DNA of 64,000 nucleotides from an uncultured Anaeroplasmataceae bacterium (GTDB lineage Bacteria; Bacillota_I; Bacilli_A; Acholeplasmatales; Anaeroplasmataceae): NCBI GenBank assembly GCA_910579215.1, contig CAJTTN010000006.1, positions 57,376 to 121,375 of the forward strand, read 5' to 3'. Shown piece by piece: positions 56,589 to 64,000 of this stretch (position 1 is its first letter; each line of letters starts with the position of its first letter). The notes under the pieces were generated by a model. It saw only the letters and a program-made list of their open reading frames with translations, ran no database searches and was not told where the DNA came from. The position numbers and the translations under genes were made by a program.

Positions 56589-57602
56589 ATGATTATTAAA
56601 ATGAAAGAATCAATTTCTAATAAGGAATATCAAAACATTATAGATTATTTTAAAATGCGTGGACTTGAAATTAAAGATGCAAGTAGTGGAGATGTAAAAG
56701 TTATAGGTATAATTGGAGATACTACTAAAATTATGGATAGTGATGTCTATGCTCTTTCAGGTGTGGAAAATATTACGAGAATACAAGTGCCATATAAAAA
56801 GGCCTCTAAAGCGTTTCATCCTGAGCCTACAGTAATTGATGTGTGTGGTGTAAAAATTGGTGGTAAAAATTTTACAGTAATGGCAGGTCCATGTTCTGTT
56901 GAAAATCATGATCAAATTGTTAGTGTAGCCCAAAGTGTAAAAGAAAGTGGTGCCCACGTTTTAAGAGGTGGTGCTTACAAGCCTAGAACCTCTCCCTATG
57001 CGTTTCAGGGTTTAGAACTAGAAGGGTTAGACTTATTAATGGAAGCACGTGAAGCGACTCATTTACCTATTATTACAGAAATTCAATCGGAGGATATGAT
57101 AGAACGATATGTTAAGGATGTAGATATCATTCAGGTTGGTGCTAGAAATATGCAGAACTTTCATTTATTAAAGGCATTAGGTAAAATTGATAAGCCAATT
57201 TTACTTAAGCGTGGATTATCTGCAACAATAGAGGAATGGTTAATGGCAGCAGAATATATTCTTGCTGGTGGAAATGATAAGGTAATTCTATGTGAGCGCG
57301 GTATTCGTACATTTGAAAAATATACTAGAAATACGTTAGACTTATCTGCAGTTCTTGCAGTAAAGGAATTATCGCATTTGCCTGTAATTGTTGATCCATC
57401 TCATGCAGCAGGAAAATGGTCTATGGTAGAGGATTTATCTAAAGCAGCCTTAGCTGTAGGTGCAGATGGTATTATAGTTGAAGTACATAATAATCCAGAA
57501 TGCGCATTGTGTGACGGAGCTCAAAGCTTAAAGCCAGAGCGCTTTGATCATATGATGAAGCAGTTAAAGCAAATTGCTCCTATTGTGGATAAGAAGCTAT
57601 AA
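56589..57602 (+). CDS. aroF: 3-deoxy-7-phosphoheptulonate (DAHP) synthase, type I-beta with N-terminal regulatory extension
   Basis: KDO8P/DAHP-synthase I-beta core (GPCSVEN, KPRTSPY, DPSHA); ~70-aa N-terminal domain. Confidence 0.75.
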   Translation: MIIKMKESISNKEYQNIIDYFKMRGLEIKDASSGDVKVIGIIGDTTKIMDSDVYALSGVENITRIQVPYKKASKAFHPEPTVIDVCGVKIGGKNFTVMAGPCSVENHDQIVSVAQSVKESGAHVLRGGAYKPRTSPYAFQGLELEGLDLLMEAREATHLPIITEIQSEDMIERYVKDVDIIQVGARNMQNFHLLKALGKIDKPILLKRGLSATIEEWLMAAEYILAGGNDKVILCERGIRTFEKYTRNTLDLSAVLAVKELSHLPVIVDPSHAAGKWSMVEDLSKAALAVGADGIIVEVHNNPECALCDGAQSLKPERFDHMMKQLKQIAPIVDKKL

Positions 57603-58432
57603 TGAAAATTTGTATTGTTGGTCTAGGATTAATTGGAGGTTCTTATGCTATGGGCCTTTCAAAGAAGGGGCATAAGGTTTATGGTATTGATAAGAATATT
57701 CAAGCGATTCAGTTTGCAAAAGATAAGGGTTTTATCTTAGAAGGCTTTAATAAAGAAACTGCGATTATAGAGGAATGTGATTGTATAATTTTAGCAATTT
57801 ATCCTCAGGCTATTCTAGATTTTTTATATAAAAATCAAGCACATTTTAAAGAAAATCAGATAATTACTGATGTTTGTGGTGTCAAGAATTCATTTGTTAG
57901 AAAGGCAACTCTTCTTGCAAGAAAAGCTACCTATTTGTCTCATCATCCTATGGCTGGAAGGGAGAAGTTAGGAATAGAATATGCAGATGATAAAATTTTT
58001 AATGGAGCAAATTTTATTATCACTCCCTTAGAAGAGACTCCACAACAAGCTATGGATGTTTTGAAAGAAATTGCTCAGGATTTAAATTTTGGTAAAATAA
58101 CAACAGTTTCTTTAGATAAGCATGATCAAATGATTGGGTTTACAAGTCAGCTTACCCATGCGATTGCAGTATCTTTAGTTAATAGTGATTATGCAGAAGA
58201 TACGCAACGCTTTATCGGAGATTCCTATCGTGATTTGACAAGAATAGCAATGATTAATGAAGTTTTATGGAGTGAGCTTTTTTTGGAAAATCGAGAGACT
58301 TTATTAAAGCATATTGAAAATTTTGAGTCTGAATTGAATGTATTAAAATTAGCTTTAAAACAAGGAGATCGTGCATTGTTACAGGAGCTTTTCATAAAAT
58401 CAACGAATATAAGAAGGAAGATGGAAAAATGA
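57602..58432 (+). CDS. tyrA: Prephenate dehydrogenase
   Basis: Rossmann N-terminus KICIVGLGLIGGS; 276 aa; located in the aro operon. Confidence 0.75.
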   Translation: MKICIVGLGLIGGSYAMGLSKKGHKVYGIDKNIQAIQFAKDKGFILEGFNKETAIIEECDCIILAIYPQAILDFLYKNQAHFKENQIITDVCGVKNSFVRKATLLARKATYLSHHPMAGREKLGIEYADDKIFNGANFIITPLEETPQQAMDVLKEIAQDLNFGKITTVSLDKHDQMIGFTSQLTHAIAVSLVNSDYAEDTQRFIGDSYRDLTRIAMINEVLWSELFLENRETLLKHIENFESELNVLKLALKQGDRALLQELFIKSTNIRRKMEK

Positions 58433-59439
58433 AATCTCTAAGAATCAATTTACAGGAGGATTCCTATAACATATTTATAGAGGATGATTTGCTTTTGCAT
58501 CTTTCTTTTTATATTAGACAGATTTTTAAAGGTGATAAAATTTATATTATTACAGATGATATTGTAGAAGCACTTTATTTAAAGGTGGTTCAGGAAAGCT
58601 TAAAGGAATTTACTATCCAAACGGTAATTGTACCTCATGGCGAAGGAGCTAAAAGCTTAGATACGTATGCTGAGGTTTGCCAAAAGCTTTTAACGATGGA
58701 TATTAGAAGAAATGAGCTTCTGCTAGCCTTAGGTGGAGGTGTTGTTGGTGATTTAACGGGATTTATTGCTGCGACCTTATTTAGAGGATTACCTTATGTT
58801 AATGTACCAACTACCCTGCTGAGTCAAATGGATTCCTCTATTGGAGGGAAAACTGGAATAGACTTTGCAGGCAGGAAAAATATGATTGGCTGCTTTAAGC
58901 AACCTAAAGTTGTTTTAATAGATCCTAAAGTGCTTAGAACATTACCTAAGCAGGAATGGAATAATGGTATGGGAGAATTAATAAAGCATGCCATAATAGG
59001 AAATCCTACCTTATTTGAGATGCTTTTGCAAAAACCAGAAATTGATGAAATTATGATTTTTGAAAGCCTAAAGGTAAAGCAAAAGGTTGTGGAGAAGGAT
59101 GTATATGATACAGGAGAAAGAATGCTTCTTAACTTTGGGCATACCTTTGGTCATGTGATAGAATTAGAAATGAATTTAAAGCATGGAGAAGCTGTAGCCT
59201 TAGGAATGCTGATGATGCTACGTTTTGGTATTGATAAGGGGATTACAGAAGAAGTATGCTATACAAGAGTAATGGATATTTTACGACTTTATGAGTTACC
59301 ATTCATGGAAGTAGATTATCATAGATATCTTAATGAAATTTTTAAAGACAAGAAGAATCTAGCGGGAAAATTATCCTTAGTCTTGATTAAGAATATTGGA
59401 GAAGCTTTCTTATATGTATTAAACGAAAATGAAGTATAG
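58429..59439 (+). CDS. aroB: 3-dehydroquinate synthase
   Basis: GGGVVGDLTGFIAA; metal ligands in HGEAVALG; 336 aa. Confidence 0.85.
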   Translation: MKSLRINLQEDSYNIFIEDDLLLHLSFYIRQIFKGDKIYIITDDIVEALYLKVVQESLKEFTIQTVIVPHGEGAKSLDTYAEVCQKLLTMDIRRNELLLALGGGVVGDLTGFIAATLFRGLPYVNVPTTLLSQMDSSIGGKTGIDFAGRKNMIGCFKQPKVVLIDPKVLRTLPKQEWNNGMGELIKHAIIGNPTLFEMLLQKPEIDEIMIFESLKVKQKVVEKDVYDTGERMLLNFGHTFGHVIELEMNLKHGEAVALGMLMMLRFGIDKGITEEVCYTRVMDILRLYELPFMEVDYHRYLNEIFKDKKNLAGKLSLVLIKNIGEAFLYVLNENEV

Positions 59440-59451
59440 GAGATATGAAGT

Positions 59452-60717
59452 ATGAATGTAACTATTTTTCCAAAAAAGCTAAAGGGTAATGTGAATATTC
59501 CTCCCTCTAAAAGCCTTTCTCATCGTGCTATTATAGCCGCTTGTCTTGCAGAAGGCGAAAGCATCCTATCTAATGTTATGTTTTCTAAGGATGTTTTAGC
59601 AACCATTTCAGGTATGGAGGCTTTAGGAGCAAGGGTAAGCATTGTTGGAAATACGCTTAGAATACAGGGGAGTAAGGTTCTTCGTAAGGAAAGTGAAATA
59701 CATGCAAATGAGTCTGGCTCTACTTTACGCTTTTTAATTCCAATTGCGTTAGTAAATCCTGAACCAATATGTTTTTATGGGAAAAATAACTTAGTTAATC
59801 GTCCATTGGACTCCTATTTTACTTTATTTGAAGCCTATAATATTTCTTATCATCATCCTAAGGAGGCTTATTTGCCTTTATCTATTAAAGGGGGCTTACA
59901 ACCAGGAAGCTATGAGATGAAAGGTAATATTTCCTCTCAATTCATTACAGGGTTATTATTTGCTTTACCCTTGCTAGATGGAAATTCTAAAATAATTGTG
60001 ACTACACCTCTTGAGTCTAAGGGATATGTAGATTTGACTTTGGACATTTTAAAGAAGTTTGGGATCCAAATAACGCATAGGAATTACGAAGAATTTTATA
60101 TTTTAGGAAATCAAAGCTATAAGCCTTACTCCTATAAAATAGAAGGAGATTATTCTCAAACAGCCTTCTTTTTAACAGCTGGCGCCATGGGAGCAGAGCT
60201 GAAGCTTTTAGGAATGTCTAGCTGCTCCTATCAAGGAGATAAAAAGATTTTAAAGGATATGGAGGCTTTTGGAGCTAAGCCTATCTTTACAGATATGGAA
60301 TTGTACTGTAGTCCAACAAAGACGAATGGAGCTACAATTGATTTTTCTCAATCGCCAGATTTAGGACCTGCTCTTACAGTTTTGGCTAGTGTTTCAGAAG
60401 GAGAATCTCACTTTATTAATGCTGGTAGATTAAGGATTAAAGAATGTGATAGAATCACTTGTATGAAAGATGAACTTACTAAGCTAGGCGCACAAATAGA
60501 AGAAACAGAGGATACGATGTACATAAGGGGTGTTTCAATGCTTCGAGGTGGTATTGTAGATTCACATAATGACCATCGAGTTGCGATGGCACTTGCAATG
60601 GCTACTTTAAAAATGACAGAGCCCTTAACAATTTTAAATGCAGAATGTGTTTCTAAATCCTATCCTGAATTTTGGGAAATATTTGAATCCATTGGAGGAA
60701 ACATTAAGTATGAATAA
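59452..60717 (+). CDS. aroA: 3-phosphoshikimate 1-carboxyvinyltransferase (EPSP synthase)
   Basis: PPSKSLSHRA, NESGSTLRFL, HNDHRVAMALAMA. Confidence 0.9.
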   Translation: MNVTIFPKKLKGNVNIPPSKSLSHRAIIAACLAEGESILSNVMFSKDVLATISGMEALGARVSIVGNTLRIQGSKVLRKESEIHANESGSTLRFLIPIALVNPEPICFYGKNNLVNRPLDSYFTLFEAYNISYHHPKEAYLPLSIKGGLQPGSYEMKGNISSQFITGLLFALPLLDGNSKIIVTTPLESKGYVDLTLDILKKFGIQITHRNYEEFYILGNQSYKPYSYKIEGDYSQTAFFLTAGAMGAELKLLGMSSCSYQGDKKILKDMEAFGAKPIFTDMELYCSPTKTNGATIDFSQSPDLGPALTVLASVSEGESHFINAGRLRIKECDRITCMKDELTKLGAQIEETEDTMYIRGVSMLRGGIVDSHNDHRVAMALAMATLKMTEPLTILNAECVSKSYPEFWEIFESIGGNIKYE

Positions 60718-60976
60718 ATTAGAGGAAGCAAGAAGCATCATTCAGAATGTGGATCAGCAAATCATAGAATTATTTTTAAAGCGTATGCAAGCTGCAAAAA
60801 TGGTTGCAGAATATAAAATGGAAAATCAATTGCCAGTAGAGGATAAGCTAAGAGAACAAGAACTTTTAAAGAGAAATCTAAGGGCAGTTCCATTAGAGCT
60901 TCAGAAATACTATATACTATTTTTTGAAGGCATCCTTAAGGCATCTAAAGCCTATCAGGAGGATTTAATGGGATGA
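60710..60976 (+). CDS. Chorismate mutase (AroQ class)
   Basis: ~88-aa all-helical ORF; RBS ggagg before the ATG at 60710; the ORF-track start at 60638 overlaps aroA and is unlikely. Confidence 0.55.
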   Translation: MNKLEEARSIIQNVDQQIIELFLKRMQAAKMVAEYKMENQLPVEDKLREQELLKRNLRAVPLELQKYYILFFEGILKASKAYQEDLMG

Positions 60977-62391
60977 AGCAGTATGGCTTATTAGGAGAAA
61001 AGCTTGCTCATAGCTATTCAAAATGTATCCATACTTATATATTTCAAGCTCTGCATATAGAGGCTGAATATCATTTATTAGAGTGTAAAGAAGCAGAACT
61101 TCCTAAGTATATTGCAAAGCTTCGAAGAAAAGAATATAACGGATTTAATGTAACGATTCCTTATAAGAAAGTTATTATGAAGTATTTAGATGAAATCGAT
61201 GCTAAGGCAAAAAAAATTGGTAGTGTAAATACGATTTATATTAAGAAGGATAAGGTTATTGGAACAAATACAGATTATGATGGATTTTTTGAAACTATAA
61301 AGAAATATAAGATTGAAGTTAAAAATAAAGATTGCTTTATACTTGGTACGGGTGGAGCTTCTTTGGCGATATCACAGGTTTTATCGGATTTAGGAGGGAA
61401 TTGTCATTTTGTTTCTCGCACTCCAAGAGGGTCTGTTTTAGGATATCCAGATTTAGAAGCTAAAGAAATTGATCTTTTAGTCAATACGACGCCAGTAGGG
61501 ATGTTTCCTACTATTGATGAAAGTCCTGTAAGTAAGGAAATTGCGCAAAAAGCAAGGGTTGCGATGGATATAATTTTTAATCCTAGACAGACGAAGTTTT
61601 TAAGCTATGCCAATTCCTCTATTGATGGCTTTTACATGCTGATTATGCAGGCTATAAAGGCAGAAGAAATATGGCAAAATCAAATACTATCCTTAGATAT
61701 TGATAAAATGATTTCTATGATAAGTATACATCTTGTTCTTCCTTATAAGATTTGGTCTATTGTAAAGGATTTGAACTTTAATAAAATTACGGATGGCTGT
61801 AGTGAGGATGAGGTATACAATTTTGATAGTCAATATATATTGAAAATATCTTCTTATCCAGATAGACTCTTAAGAGAAAAAGAAAGAATGGATTGGCTTC
61901 AGAATAAAATTCCTACTGCTAAAAGTGTAGTCTATGAGGAATATAATTCTAGGTATTATTTTTTAAGAACCTGTATTCAAGGAGATAGCTTAGCTGCAGA
62001 ACGTTTTTTAAAGAATCCAAAAGTATTAATTGAAATTTTACCAACAATTATAAAGGTATTGAGAAGCTTAGATACTACCCAATGTCCCTTTAATTCTATA
62101 GAGAGTCAGGGCAATACATTTGTCCATGGAGATTTATGCTTGCCCAATATTTTAGTTAATAAAAAAAATGAGTTTGTCGGTTTTATTGATTTGGATAATG
62201 CAGGCTTAGGAGATTGCTGGTATGACTATGCTTGGCTATTGTGGAGTGTGGCATATAATCTAAAAACTAAAGCTTGGATTCCCTATCTATTAGATGTGTG
62301 TCAGCTCAAATTTGACGAAGAAAAATTTCGAAAATATATTCCTAAGTGTAACCTAGAGGAATTAGAAAAGGTGTTGCAGGAGAACATATGA
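60973..62391 (+). CDS. aroE: Shikimate dehydrogenase (AroE) fused to a C-terminal APH/choline-kinase-fold phosphotransferase domain
   Basis: N-terminal ~270 aa AroE (GLLGEKLAHSYS, NVTIPYK, GTGGA); C-terminal ~200 aa with HGDLCLPNIL catalytic loop and IDLDNAG (APH Brenner and DxD motifs). Confidence 0.7.
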   Translation: MKQYGLLGEKLAHSYSKCIHTYIFQALHIEAEYHLLECKEAELPKYIAKLRRKEYNGFNVTIPYKKVIMKYLDEIDAKAKKIGSVNTIYIKKDKVIGTNTDYDGFFETIKKYKIEVKNKDCFILGTGGASLAISQVLSDLGGNCHFVSRTPRGSVLGYPDLEAKEIDLLVNTTPVGMFPTIDESPVSKEIAQKARVAMDIIFNPRQTKFLSYANSSIDGFYMLIMQAIKAEEIWQNQILSLDIDKMISMISIHLVLPYKIWSIVKDLNFNKITDGCSEDEVYNFDSQYILKISSYPDRLLREKERMDWLQNKIPTAKSVVYEEYNSRYYFLRTCIQGDSLAAERFLKNPKVLIEILPTIIKVLRSLDTTQCPFNSIESQGNTFVHGDLCLPNILVNKKNEFVGFIDLDNAGLGDCWYDYAWLLWSVAYNLKTKAWIPYLLDVCQLKFDEEKFRKYIPKCNLEELEKVLQENI

Positions 62392-62933
62392 AACAAATAA
62401 AGATACAGGATAAAGCTTACACGATAATAAAGCTTTTGGGTAAGGGCAAAGGTGGCTACTCTTATCTTGTTACAGATGGGGCTAAGCAATATGTTTGTAA
62501 GCAAATTCATCATGAGCCCTGCTCCTATTATACCTTTGGGGATAAATTGGCATCAGAGCTTAGGGATTATGAGATTTTAAAAAATATAGGAATCCCTGTG
62601 CCAGAGTTACTAAGTGTGGATGAACAACAGGAACGCCTACTAAAGGAGTATATTGAGGGCCCTACCCTATATGATTTAGTAGTTGATGATAAAGTAAAAG
62701 ATGAGTATCTTACCCAAATTAAACAAATGTGTAAATTGTTATATGCCTCAAATATCAACATTGATTATTTTCCGACAAACTTTGTTGTACAGAAGGAAAT
62801 GCTTTATTATATTGATTATGAATGTAATTCTTATATGGAAGAATGGAATTTTGAAAATTGGGGTATTAAATATTGGTCAAAGACGCAAGAATTTATGGAT
62901 TATTTTAAGTCCTTAGAGAAAGGAGAATCATAG
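62388..62933 (+). CDS. Small protein-kinase-like (ePK/APH-like mini-kinase) protein
   Basis: Gly-rich loop LGKGKGGYSY, then VCKQ (Lys), hinge EYIEGPTL, IDYE; 181 aa; inside the aro operon. Confidence 0.5.
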   Translation: MKQIKIQDKAYTIIKLLGKGKGGYSYLVTDGAKQYVCKQIHHEPCSYYTFGDKLASELRDYEILKNIGIPVPELLSVDEQQERLLKEYIEGPTLYDLVVDDKVKDEYLTQIKQMCKLLYASNINIDYFPTNFVVQKEMLYYIDYECNSYMEEWNFENWGIKYWSKTQEFMDYFKSLEKGES

Positions 62934-62934
62934 T

Positions 62935-63927
62935 ATGAATCATTTTGGAAGATTATTTCAAATGACTTTATTTGGAGAAAGTCATGGAAGCTCTGTTGGC
63001 GTAGTACTAGATGGCGTCCCTGCTGGATTACCTCTTACTGAAAAAGATTTTCAAGCTGATTTATTAAGGAGAAAGTCTGGTGGTTTAGGAACAACTCCTA
63101 GAATAGAAGCAGATGAGATTCTACTAGAAACAGGCATTTTTGAGGGTAAAACGACAGGAGCTCCAATAATGATTCGTTTCTTGAATCAAAATACGAGAAG
63201 CAAGGATTATACTCAGCTACTAGCTCATCCTCGACCTTCACATGCAGATTATGTAGCCAATGTAAAATATCAAGGCTTTCAGGATTATAGAGGTGGAGGA
63301 GCATTTTCTGGCAGACTTACCTTAGGATTAGTTTCGGCAGGAGTGATTGCTAAAAAGATTCTTAACAAGTATGTTTTTTCAACAACAATAATTAATTTAG
63401 GGGGGAATACTGTACCATCTGAATTTGATAAAGTACTAAGGGATGTTGTTTTAGAAAAGGATTCTATTGGTGGGATAGTAGAAATTAGAGTTGCTAATGT
63501 TTTGGCAGGCTTAGGAGAGCCCTATTTTGATTCTTTGGAATCAACTATTTCTCACCTTTTATTTTCTGTTGGTGGTGTAAAGGGTGTTTCCTTTGGTGCT
63601 GGCTTTTCAGGTGTTACTTTAAAGGGAAGTGCCTTTAATGATTTAATTATTGATGCTTCAGGAAAGACGAAAACAAATCATAATGGTGGTATTAATGGTG
63701 GTATATCTAATGGAAATGAGCTTATAGTATCTGTTTTTGTCAAGCCAACCCCTTCTATAGGAAAGCCACAACAAACCTTTAATTTTCAATCCAATCAAAT
63801 AGAGGAGCTTGTCATAGAGGGAAGGCATGATGCTGCAATAATTTTAAGAGCACAGGTGGTATTAGAGGCTTGTGTAGCGATTGCTTTAGCAGATGCTTAC
63901 CTGATTCATAAAGCATATAAAGATTAA
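62935..63927 (+). CDS. aroC: Chorismate synthase
   Basis: N-terminus FGESHGSSVGVVLDG; 330 aa. Confidence 0.85.
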   Translation: MNHFGRLFQMTLFGESHGSSVGVVLDGVPAGLPLTEKDFQADLLRRKSGGLGTTPRIEADEILLETGIFEGKTTGAPIMIRFLNQNTRSKDYTQLLAHPRPSHADYVANVKYQGFQDYRGGGAFSGRLTLGLVSAGVIAKKILNKYVFSTTIINLGGNTVPSEFDKVLRDVVLEKDSIGGIVEIRVANVLAGLGEPYFDSLESTISHLLFSVGGVKGVSFGAGFSGVTLKGSAFNDLIIDASGKTKTNHNGGINGGISNGNELIVSVFVKPTPSIGKPQQTFNFQSNQIEELVIEGRHDAAIILRAQVVLEACVAIALADAYLIHKAYKD

Positions 63928-64000
63928 ATAAAAAAGAGCTAATGAATAAAATAGACCCTATAAAGTAGACACGAATAAAAAAAGGTGTAGATTCTACTTT

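Overview
This is a roughly 64 kb chromosomal segment from a low-GC (about 30% GC) Firmicutes-type anaerobe. Gene order is Bacillus-like (rpmB–yloV/fakA–recG–plsX…rnc, dnaD–nth, pgk–tpiA, mnmG–rsmG, rpsP–KH), and the genome encodes PFOR. Most of the window is housekeeping: replication and repair (recG, dnaE, nth, nfo, Y-family polymerase plus YolD), glycolysis, ribosomal and translation factors, peptidases, a heterodimeric ABC exporter, and a shikimate/aromatic amino acid operon at the 3' end. Several accessory or unusual elements are embedded in it.

- Nt 1-5571: a 5'-truncated RHS/YD-repeat polymorphic toxin with an unrecognised hydrophobic C-terminal domain. An IS1182-like element with 28-bp perfect terminal inverted repeats follows it directly, and no immunity gene is visible.
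- Nt 33.5-35.5 kb: a PAPS-reductase-like plus ParB-nuclease-like gene pair (IbrA/IbrB-like) with a perfect palindromic operator, placed next to tRNA-Arg and tRNA-Asp.
- Nt 39455-40549: a 364-aa hypothetical with an R-N-x4-H (HEPN-like) motif, lying between a flotillin gene and typA.
- Nt 55153-56391: a lipoprotein serpin.
- Nt 24050-26374: a lipoprotein with three Listeria-Bacteroides-type repeats fused to a pectate-lyase-like beta-helix.
- Nt 14620-17243: an RNPP/XRE-type regulator translationally coupled to a surface protein.
- Nt 22930-23178: an HPr gene inserted between pgk and tpiA.
- Nt 56589-63927: an aro operon with no canonical shikimate kinase. Shikimate dehydrogenase is fused to an APH-fold kinase domain and is followed by a second mini-kinase ORF.

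The aro-operon kinases are the strongest candidate in this window for an undescribed, non-P-loop shikimate kinase.

No CRISPR array or rRNA gene is present.
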